A stretch of DNA of 61,114 bases, the filler included, from Catajapyx aquilonaris (lineage: Eukaryota): assembly GCA_000934665.2 (NCBI GenBank). It is 4 parts of 4 records of this genome, joined end to end, with 100 filler letters (N's around TTAATTAATTAA, not from the genome) between each part and the next. Parts side by side here need not be neighbours in the genome. Positions count along the whole stretch, not along the records: positions 1 to 15,207 come from JYFJ02007586.1; 3 more parts are not named here. One strand, given 5' to 3'. The translations under genes were made by a program, and so were the position numbers. Positions within the stretch are counted from its first letter, which is position 1. Each line of letters begins with the position of its first letter. Shown here piece by piece: positions 1-9,765 of this stretch. Below the pieces are notes generated by a model that saw only the letters and a program-made list of their open reading frames with translations, did no database searches and was not told the origin of the DNA.

Positions 1-279
1 GTAATCAAATATGCACTGATATAAAGGTGATGCAAGGTAGCATCAGACTGCATTGAACTGTAGGACGTTTAGACATAGTAAAACCGGTACGGTCACAGAA
101 CGTTGCACACCAAGAATGTCGTATATCACGAGGTTTTGCAACTCAACCTCTAAACAAATACAAGAAACTTTGGTGTGAGTATCCATTACACGCTATCCAT
201 AAACGTAATTATTACTCATGTATGTATATATTACTTCATAGACTTCACAGGCTATCGACCCTAACACCATTCACGCTGG

Positions 280-425
280 GTATCAACAGTCCAAAAAGAA
301 TTGTCCCTCGCGTCGAGTGGGCAGCCACGCGTCAGGATGAAAGCAACCAGTTAACTGGTTCCTTTCATCCTGACGCGTGGCTGCCCGCTCGACGCGAGGG
401 ACAATTCTTTTTGGACTGTTGATAC
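280..425. repeat. 146-bp loopless palindrome (probable palindromic MITE)
   Basis: 280-352 is the reverse complement of 353-425 with 2 mismatches; centre AACCAGTT|AACTGGTT; TA near both ends. Confidence 0.9.
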
Positions 426-899
426 ATCGTCCAAGTGGAAACCTACAATACGTCATAACACTGTGTATTTATATTGTTTGAAATTCTTTGCAAACAAAAA
501 GAACTACATTCCCTCCACCTCATCATTAATCTTTTCAACACCTCAACTTTTGATCAAAACCAAGAAAATTTAGGTGAGTATTCCTTCCGCCTTTCTAATA
601 TATAAAATTTTCACTCATGTATATAAAATATTCTATCTATATACAATAAATAGCCCATCACATGAGAATCCAAAACACCACGTATGCTGTGTGCATGGAC
701 ACAGTCGAAATTTGTAAACGTGACAACAGTGAGGATTTACATTGTTTGACGTTTTTTGCACACCAAGAAAACTAGACTTCCTCCTTCATACCATCAGAAA
801 TCCTGACACATCAATCCCTCATCAAACACAATAAACTTTTATGTCAGTATTCTTTCTATATCTACAAACATATTCTAATTTAAAATCATTCCACAGATC

Positions 900-1473
900 A
901 TGCCAAGAATTAAGCAGCCAGTAAGTCTGGAGATCTTGAGCCTGCGAACCCTGGCTACAAAATGTAGTAGAAGCATGCGAAAGAAGCAGAGGTTATCTTA
1001 AGAGAGAAAGAGAGATATCCCAGTACGTCGCTAGGATCCCAATTACAATAGCAAATGAATATGTGGCAGAGATTTGGAGGATACTGTGTGCACGGTTGGA
1101 GGAATGTTTCAACATAAGCTGTGCATTACATCCCAATTGCACTGAGATTGTGAGAAAAAAGATCTTGACTAGCAATCACTTGAAGATAGTCGAAATGAAC
1201 CAATTTTCTGGTTTTTCCCTTTTTCTGCACCCAAATTTTAAAATACATGAAATTTGACAATCTGCACACACTAACTGACAACAACTTATCAAAAGATGTA
1301 ATTCCTGTTATTTTGGGTTCAAGTAGTAAGTATTTACAGTTTGTGTCTTTGAAAAGCAACAAGCAATTTATGACAAGAAATAATAATGAACGTGATGATT
1401 TGATAAATGTATTACAAAAATTTGACATGAATTTTGAAATTAGAGATGGTATTGATTTTGCCACAAATTTCAG
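900..1473 (+). pseudogene. Frameshifted first coding exon of an uncharacterised, possibly LRR/BC-box-like protein
   Basis: Acceptor ttccacag before ATG900; MPRIKQPVSLEILSLRTLA continues via +1 shifts in A-runs at ~960 and ~1241 into NVVEAC...CALHPNCTEI...FLHPNF and MKFDNLHTL...YLQFVSL...; donor cag|gtacg at 1473. Confidence 0.35.
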
Positions 1474-1698
1474 GTACGATTCCTGTATGTAATTACTCCT
1501 GACATGTTACTGCCCCCCAACTTCCCGTTTGGTTTCCCTATATCCCGCAATATCCCAATTGTTTTAACATTGTTGCTTGCATTGTTTGAATTGTTTGAAT
1601 CGTTGTTTGAAATAAAATGAGTATTTGCCACATATTTTCATTCCCATTGTCATCCTGATAGTATTATGTTTTGCCAAATCTTGGCTACGGGTCCACTA

Positions 1699-1769
<71 letters not shown>

Positions 1770-2049
1770 TCAAACCCCGTTATCAGCCTGTTTCGGCTCT
1801 TTAGGGGGGAAGGTTTTTTTCCCCCCCTGGAACTCTTTGCTTTTCATTTTACTATCCTCTTTGGGATAGGATAGGGACAGAAGGAAGCGGCTGTGGCCTA
1901 TTAATTACGGAAGCAACTCCGGCATTTCCCTGGAAGGACCGTGGGAAACCACGGAAAGCCACGGTCACAGTTGCCGGACCCGGGATTTGATCCCAGGACC
2001 TCCCGATTAGCAGTCTGACACCATATCCCCTACTCCAAACTGCTTCGGT
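1699..2049 (-). mobile_element. tRNA-derived SINE, family A, with (ATT)n tail
   Basis: Reverse complement gives an ACCGAAGCAG head with A/B-box-like motifs, a body ending AATAGGCCACAGCCGCTTCC, a CCCC..GGGG tail and (ATT)n; matches copies at 13578, 42070 and 46494. Confidence 0.85.
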
Positions 2050-2705
2050 TGCGGGGATTATAATGTGCTTCATATACTCTATGAGCGACATACAGCAATT
2101 ACGAGTTGCCGGCGAAACTTCAAAAAAGCTGCATTAAAATATTGCCTAGGTGCACTAATTTAGGCAACTGTGTCAGACTTACTGGCGACCAGACCATAAA
2201 GGCTCCACGCCAATATTTTAGGCAAGTGTAAATATACCCATTCTGATAAAGACACATTGAGATGGGTGAGGGGGGGGGGGGGGGGGNNNNNNGGGGCAGC
2301 TTTCCTCTTCCCCCTGTGGCCCACATTGTTGTGTTGAGAAGTTAAAACTTGACACATGGCACATTCACACATCCCGCCATCGCCCCCCAAATCCTCCCTC
2401 CCGCCCAACTTCGTGGCCAGGTCATCTGGGGCATAGTTATAATATTGTCTGGTTGGGCTCCCTCCCTCCCACGTCGTCCAATTACCCCCACCCATTCCCT
2501 CACCTGGTTACTCGCCAGGTCACGTGATGAACCATAATTATGTTGATACTGTTATCAATGGCCCACCCCCTGTGCTGACAGTGGCAGCGTCCCTGGCGGT
2601 GCCAGGGCTAACCACCTAACTCACCTAGAATTAGTAATCCGCCAGACGACGATCTTTTATGCTGTGATTTTACATCAGAATAAATATTTGACAAAATTAT
2701 ATTCA

Positions 2706-2880
2706 TGATCATCAACAACATCACTACATTTCCCTATGAGGGGCAGTCAGCGATGACGGGAGACCCAAGCGAACCCAAGATATGTGCTAATAATTAAAAC
2801 TTCTGAAAAGAAACCTATAAATAACCCGTCCCACCCCCCACCCCTGCCCGCCTCAGTCGACAGACATTCAATATTTTAAA
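2706..2880 (-). mobile_element. Retroelement 3' tail fragment
   Basis: Reverse-complement similarity to 23180-23340, which ends in (GAT)n; sits inside a lectin intron. Confidence 0.7.
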
Positions 2881-2997
2881 TATCACCCTATGCAATACGG
2901 TACTTCGCCAAATGAAGCCCCCCCACACACCCCCACACCNAGTGATTTGTTATTAATGTTAAAGTCTTACGTAATTCTTTGTCTAAGAATGACTTAC

Positions 2998-3153
2998 TTG
3001 CTAGGTCAGACTGCTCCATGTCGTCACTGAAATGGACCAAAGCTGCACTTTTATTTATCTCGCAATCCTTCTTCGCATCTGCCCAATTGCGCTGGTCAGT
3101 AGAAAAGTAGTAGCAACTCGATCCTATACTCCACCAGTCAGGCAGGCATTCTC
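2998..3153 (-). CDS. CTLD exon A1 (N-terminal half, 156 nt)
   Basis: ECLPDWWSIGSSCYYFSTDQRNWADAKKDC...; ttttag acceptor, gtaagt donor. Confidence 0.9.
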
Positions 3154-6100
3154 CTAAAAATGGAACCAATCCATGTAAAACATTTCTACGGACATGGAAA
3201 TATCATTATCAACACCCATATTTACCAGTCACATTTGTTGATTCGCAGGCAAAGTTATATGTATTGTCGCATTCAGTGTAGATCAATTTCCCTGTTATGC
3301 TTAGTCCTATGCACTTCATTACATCATACTTGGGATCAGTTCCATCAAAAGTGAGATGACTCTCTTCCACGTGAGTAGAATCAGTCCAATTATATTTGAT
3401 TGGGTTGTCCAGGGAAGTGAGTCCAATCCACATGTAATCACGCATATGCTCTGAAAATTGAAATATGCGATTCAGCGGAATGTATTGAACACCAGAAACA
3501 CATGTTCGAAAATCAAAGTGCTGCAATATGGAATCTTCTCTAACAGACAAAGACAGTTTTATGACACATCAATGAGAGTTACATAAGGATAAATACTGGA
3601 CCAGATGATATTCCATGCAAGATAATTCAATAAACCTCTGTGACTTTGTTAGTTCAAGTTTTAATATATTTGCAAATTATCGACTTATTTATCACTATGT
3701 TAGATCCTATGTCCATGCAAATGGCTTCAACCATATCACCTGAAAAACAATCCAGGTTAATTGCAGTAATTTGTTACTTATGTTGCAGTCGTACGTAATT
3801 CTTTGTCCAAGAATGACTTACTTGCTAGTTCAGACTGCACCCCTTCCTCCCTGAAACTGGCCAAATCTGCACTTTTATTCAGTGTCTTGCAATAATTAAT
3901 CGCAGCTTTCCAATTATGCTTGACAGTCGAGAAGTGGTAGCAACTAGATCCTATCTTCGTCCAGTTAGTCAGACAATCTATCAAAAATGGAACCAATCCA
4001 TGTAAACCAATTCTAAGGACCAGAAAATATCATTATTAACACAGACATTTACCTCTCTGGTTTGTTAATTCGCAAATACATTTAAATTCTTTGTTGCATT
4101 TCTCGGCTCTCAATTTCCCTTTTTGATCAGTTTTCTCTAGGCATAGTGTTGCGCACCGGCCATCAGAAGTGATGGGATGACCGTCATCCCAAGTGACAAT
4201 TTCTTCAACAAATTTGTTACCATCACTATAATATCCCCATGTGTCAATGGAATTGAGTCCAGTCCACACCGTTGTAAAATCATACCCTGAAAATTGAAAT
4301 ATGCAATTCAACGAACACTAGAAACACATGTTCAAAAATTAAAGTACTGTAATATAGAATCATCTCTAATAGACAAGGACAGTTTTCTGACACATCAATG
4401 AGAGTTACATAAGAATGAATATTGGACAAAATTATATTCCATACAGGATAATGTGATAAACCTTTGTGACTTTGTTAGTTCAAGTTTTAATGTATTTTCA
4501 AATTATTGACTTACATCGATCCCATCTACGCATAGCTTCTTCCATTAGCCCTGAAAAACAGTCCAGGTTAATTACGGTAATATTTTAAAATGTTGAAGTC
4601 TAACGTATTTCTTTGTCTCAGAATACTTACATACTAGGTCAGCCTGCTTCTCTGGGTAACTGAAACTGACCAAATCTGCAGCTTTCTGATTCCTGCAGTA
4701 ATCCCTCCCCGCTTTCCATTCGTACTTATTACCCGCAAAGTAGTAGCAACTCGATTTTTTGGGCAGCCACTGATTCTCACAATAATCTAAAAATGGAACC
4801 AATCCATGTAAAACATTCCTACGGACATGAAAATATCATTATTAACACCCATATTTACCTCCCACCCTTCTTTTTTCGCAGACAGGGTGATATTGATGAG
4901 TGCAGGGATAGTCGTGCAATTTCCCTTTCCAGACTATTACGCATCTCTCGTCAAAGTCGTTGGGTTCACCTGCATACCAGTTGAGATAATCCCTATTCAC
5001 TAGAGTACCATCACTCCATGTATATGCGTATACACCTAGGGAAGTGAGTCCAATCCACATGTTATCACGCAAATGCTCTGAAATTTGAAATATGCAATTC
5101 AACGGAATGTGTTGAACACCAGAAACACATGTTCGAAAATTGAAGTGCTGAAATATTGAGCTATTGTCTAATAGACAAGGACAGTTTTCTGACACATCAA
5201 TGAGAGTTACATCAAAATAAATGTTGGATATAATAATATTCCATGCAGGATAATTCAATAAACCTTTGTGACTTCGTTAGTTCAAGTTTTAAGATATTAG
5301 CAATTTATTGACTTATTTATCTCTACGTTAGCTTCTATGTCCATGCAAATGGCTTCAACCATATCAACTGAAAAAGAGTCCAGATTAATTACAGTAATTT
5401 TTTAAAGGTTGAAGTCGTACTAATTTCCTCGTCTAAGAATGACTTACTTGCTAGTTCAACCTGCTCCTGTGGGTAACTGAAACTGGCCAAATCCGCACTT
5501 TCATTCAGGGTCTTGCACTCTGTAATCGCAGCTTCCCATTTGTGCTTGACAGTTGAAAAGTAGTAGCAACTCGATCTTATCATCGTCCAGTTAGTCAGAC
5601 AATCTATTAACAATGGAACCAATACATGTAAACCATTTCTAAGGACCTGAAAATATTATTGTTAACACCCATATTTACCTGTCTGGTTTTTTAATTCACA
5701 GATAAAGGTCAATGCAGTGTCGCACTTCTCGTGGTTCAATTTCTCTCCTTCCTCTCGTAGTTCCGTGCACTTCCCGTCAGCAGAGTTGCGTTTAGGGTTT
5801 TTCCAATCGAGATAATCCTCATCCACTCGCATGCCATCACTCCATATGTAGTTGATTGGCTTAGCCCGAACAATGAGCCCAATCCACATGTGCAGATACA
5901 AATGCTCTGAAAATTGAAATATGCAATTCAACGGAATGTATAGAACACCAGAAGCACATGTTCAAAAATGAAACTACTGCAATATAGAGTCTTCTCTAAT
6001 ACGTAGACAAAGACAGTGTGAATGCTTGCGCTTTGCCTTATCTATGTGAGACCAAGGCCGTCTATCCCCCCACACTTTTAACCCGGGTCCGTGTGCTACC

Positions 6101-9100
6101 TTATGTTTTCCCTGAACTAGGCTTGCGTGACCTTGGTGGCAGCATATTCCGGGTTCCTCGATTTTGTTGACTTCACTTGCATAACACCGTCTGTCGAATT
6201 TTAGCATAATTTTTGGGGCACGTTGCATGTCAGAATGACGGTGTCAGCGCCAGGCATGAATAAGGACGATTTCGGCATAGGCATTGCACCACATGGTTTA
6301 TGCGCAGTTTACAAAAGGCTGCTTAGCACTGCCGAAATCAAGGCCGAAGTGTCAAGATGAGGGTGGGACTGCAGGGAAAGACGCCTATTGTTGTTTACCC
6401 TGGCAACTGATTTAAACCCACATCAACAATCACCAACAGGTTAACATGGCCGCCATCGTTTGTTGCAATAATTGATATTTACCAACTCGATGCTGGGGGT
6501 AAACAATGGAGCAAAACTCCTCTGCTTTCCTTGCCTCTTTGTCATCTTCAACTGCGGACTAGGCCAATGCAACCCTATTCTTGCCCATGCGTTCCTGCTG
6601 AAATGACGTCTACCACTGCGTCAATGCATGATGCCGCATTTCACTCAGATTGTGTGGATCGTAATAATTATGAGCTTCGGACACTATGAACGGCATACTG
6701 TAATTGCAAGTTAACACTGCAACTGGGAAGTATTGTAAAAAGGCATCCCAGTCTCTGTGAGTGCGACATCATCTCAGGTGAGGCGATTCTTCCTTGTTTT
6801 CTTTGACATTACCATTCTCCTTTGACCTTGAGACAGGGAGCTACAGCCGATGGCCATTACCTGATTATGTTATTACTAATTAAGAATCTGGGATGGGTAA
6901 CTTCTTAGGGGTCGCTGGCCATACCAGGCCTTACAATATTGATAAATTCATGTCCGAAGCTTGGTATGAGTTCGCATGATCGAAACTTTATTATGCATTT
7001 TTTTTTTGGATGTTCCGAGTTAGTGGGCCAAAGGTGGCCCTCAGGACATTAGCTGAGAACCCCTGAAATAAATGAAAGGCATTGACATCATGGCAACGAA
7101 ATGGAGCATTAACTTAAGATATTCGGTAACATTATAAGAATTACCGGTAAACAAGTGGGATAGGGGAACATGGACAAAAGAAGGAAGAAAGCATCATATC
7201 AACATAACTCATGCATAATATCAACAATTCAAATTATCATCCATATTCACATTTCAATATTTGGACCAACCCCCCGCCGACAGCAATCACCGCAGCTAGT
7301 CTCCGAGGCATGCTGTCGACGAGGGTTTGGAGGAAGTCCCTGTCGCCTTGGAACCTGGTCCACTCTTCCTGGATGGCTTCCCAGAGTTGGCCCTGATTTC
7401 CTAACCTCCCCGCCAGCTCCTAGCCGAGACGCAAGAGGGGGATTGTATTTTAATAGCAATTTCCCATTCTGCTAAGTTGTAGGCCTAATATGAGCTACAG
7501 TGCATTTTTAATTTTTCTGAACAGGTTACCGATTCTCAATATTTCGTAGCAGCAGGATCTGTTTGCAATAATAAATGGCATGTCGACACCTGAAGTAGCT
7601 CAATTGGGAGTATAGATGAAACTTAAATGACGTGCCATCTTGATTTTCCTGCAGTGGACAAGCTGGCCAATGACCGTCGTGTGTAGAACTCCCTGTCGCC
7701 AAGTTCAAATGAGAACGGCAATGCCTAAGAAAATAAGAAAAAATCACCTCACCTGAGATGATGTCGCGCGCACAAAAACCCCTTATTAAAAATTATTTCC
7801 AGTTCCGTTGGCAACTTTTAATAATTACTCTATGTCGCTCATACATTGTCACAGTGGTAGACATCATTGCAGGAACGCAGGAGCAAGTCCCCCAGTTGAA
7901 GATGATAACTAATTAAAAGACAGAAAGAAGAGGTGTTTTGCTGCATTATGTTTACCCCAGTATCCAGGACGAAATGATCCATTGCAACAAAGGATGAGGG
8001 GCATGTTAACTACTTGTAGTGAATATTGATAACTGTTTAAATCAGTTGCCAAGGGTAAACAATGAGTGGTGTCTCTTCCTGCACTGCCACTCTCATCAGT
8101 GCAAAGCAGCATGTTGTAAACTGCGCATAAACAGTAAGGTGCATTTATTGCCTATGAGGAGACCGTCACTGACATCGTCATTCTGACATGCAACGTTGGT
8201 CCAAGAACCAAGTCACGTATGACCTAATGGCGATTCAACGTTCTCCAATTCTGCGAAAGTGCGAAGACGATGACATGCAAATAAGAGCAACAATCATACA
8301 ATCCAGGGACCGGAAATCGGCCCCTCCACATAAGGCCACAGGAGCCTTCTTGCAATCTTAAAAAAGCAACACATGCGCCGTTTAAAAATTGGGGATGGCT
8401 GACCTTGTGCACGACGCCAGCAAGCAAGGCTCGAGCTTATCTCTCCCACCCATCTCACCCTACCCTCTCAATACCCCAATTCCAGGTTAACCGCCCGATT
8501 GCAGAAAAAAAAACCTCGCCATCAGTTTCCTTGCAAGCCTCCCCCCACCCCCAACTAATCACCAAGCAGACCGTGGATTACCAGGCCATTATGAGCACAT
8601 CGAATTCGGTAGTAATGACGAGGACCGGCAGAGGCCCTGCCGGCGGGGAAGACCCGGTGGCGCACATGGTGGGGTCTCCATCATTATTTATGTTCGCAAG
8701 TGTACATCAGAATAAATATTGGACAAAATGATATTCCATGCAAGATAATTCAATAAACCATTGTGACTTTGTTAGTTCAATTTTAAGATATTTGCAAATA
8801 TACTGACTTATTTTTATATCTATGTTAACTTCTATGTCCATCCAAATGGCTTCAACCAAATCACCTGAAAAACAGTCCAAGTTAATTACAGTAATTTGTT
8901 ATTTATGTTGAAGGCATACATAATTCTTTGTCTAAGAATGACTTACCTGCTAGTTCAGACTGCTCCTGTGGGTAACTGAAACTGGCCAAATCGGCACTTT
9001 CATGCAAGACCTTGCACTTTGTAATCGCAGCTTCCCATTTGCGCTTGACAGTTGAAAAGTAGTAGCAACTCGATCTTATCATCGTCCAGTTAGTCAGACA

Positions 9101-9405
9101 ATCTATTAAAAATGGAACAAATGCATGTAAACCATTTCCACGGACCTGAAAATAACATTATTAACACCCATATTTACATGTCTGGTCTTTTAATTCACAG
9201 ATAAAGTTCAATTCAGTGTTGCACTTCTCGTGGTCCAATTTCCCTCCTTCCTCTAGTAGTTCTGTGCAGTTATCGTCAGCAGAGTTAGTGCCATGTGGTT
9301 TCCACGCGAGATAATCCTCATACACTATAGTACCATCACTCCATTTATATTTGATTGGCTTCTCCCGAACAATGAGTCCAATCCACATGTGTAGATACAA
9401 ATGCT
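2998..9405 (-). CDS. Multi-domain C-type lectin (mannose-receptor-like tandem CTLD) gene, partial, 10 exons
   Basis: Alternating B exons (WIGL...W.DG...C...C...CE) and A exons (C...W...SSCYYFS...W..A...C...L.SF), all GT-AG, all phase 1 and stop-free; four complete CTLDs (A5+B4, A4+B3, A3+B2, A2+B1) plus two unpaired halves. Confidence 0.92.
3226..3450 (-). CDS. CTLD exon B1 (C-terminal half, 225 nt)
   Basis: HMRDYMWIGLTSL...KCIGL...ECDNTYNFACE; tttcag acceptor, gtaaat donor. Confidence 0.9.
3822..3977 (-). CDS. CTLD exon A2 (156 nt)
   Basis: DCLTNWTKIGSSCYHFSTVKHNWKAAINYC...; canonical splice sites. Confidence 0.9.
4053..4286 (-). CDS. CTLD exon B2 (234 nt)
   Basis: VWTGLN...WDDGHP...RCATLC...KCNKEFKCICE; canonical splice sites. 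Confidence 0.9.
4631..4786 (-). CDS. CTLD exon A3 (156 nt)
   Basis: YCENQWLPKKSSCYYFAGNKYEWKAGRDYC...; canonical splice sites. Confidence 0.9.
4859..5077 (-). CDS. CTLD exon B3 (219 nt) with EPN motif
   Basis: MWIGLTSL...WSDGT...NWYAGEPNDFDERCV...LHDYPC...VCE. Confidence 0.92.
5448..5603 (-). CDS. CTLD exon A4 (156 nt)
   Basis: DCLTNWTMIRSSCYYFSTVKHKWEAAITEC...; canonical splice sites. Confidence 0.9.
5679..5906 (-). CDS. CTLD exon B4 (228 nt)
   Basis: HMWIGLIVR...WSDG...KCTEL...KCDTALTFICE. Confidence 0.9.
6018..8701. mobile_element. ~2.7-kb insertion with long imperfect inverted arms (~6045-6805 and ~7725-8412)
   Basis: The conserved lectin intron breaks at ~6017 and resumes at ~8702; blocks such as cgttgcatgtcagaatgacg, gtttatgcgcagtttacaa, tggcaactgatttaaac and cgacatcatctcaggtgagg recur in reverse complement in mirrored order. 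Confidence 0.75.
7257..7420 (-). mobile_element. Tc1-family transposase C-terminal fragment
   Basis: QLWEAIQEEWTRF...LVDSMPRRLAAVIAVGGG(WSKY after a 1-nt shift), typical Tc1 C-terminus. Confidence 0.75.
8947..9102 (-). CDS. CTLD exon A5 (156 nt; absent from the ORF track)
   Basis: CLTNWTMIRSSCYYFSTVKRKWEAAITKCKVLHESADLASFSYPQEQSELA; canonical splice sites. Confidence 0.9.
9178..9405 (-). CDS. CTLD exon B5 (228 nt)
   Basis: HMWIGLIVREKP...WSDGT...NCTEL...KCNTELNFICE. Confidence 0.9.
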
Positions 9406-9765
9406 CTGAAAATTGAAATATGAAATTCAACGGAATGTACTGAACACCAGAAGCACATGTTCAAAAATCAAAGTGCTGTAATGTAGAATCTTCTCCAACA
9501 GACAAAGACAGTTTTCTGACACATCAATGAGAGTTACATCCGAATAAATATTGGACAAAATTACATTCCATACAAGATAATGCAATAAACCTTTGCGACT
9601 TTGTTAGTCAAGTTTTAATATATTCGCTAATTATTGACTTTTTGTCTCTACGTTAGGGTCTATGTCCATGCAAATTGATTCAACCGCATCACCTGAAAAA
9701 CGGTCCAGGTTAATATATTACAGTAATTTTTTAATAGGTTGAAGTCGTATGTAATTCTTTGTTTA

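Noticed and set aside
1666..1874. Poly-I/N/Y/L/T/C ORFs (also 13816-14052, 20615-21084, 40281-40488, 46716-47018)
   Set aside because: Translations of trinucleotide microsatellites and SINE tails
2998..9765. CRISPR-like conserved repeats with variable spacers
   Set aside because: The repeats are 70-370-nt GT-AG introns and the spacers are homologous coding exons; eukaryotic context with no cas genes
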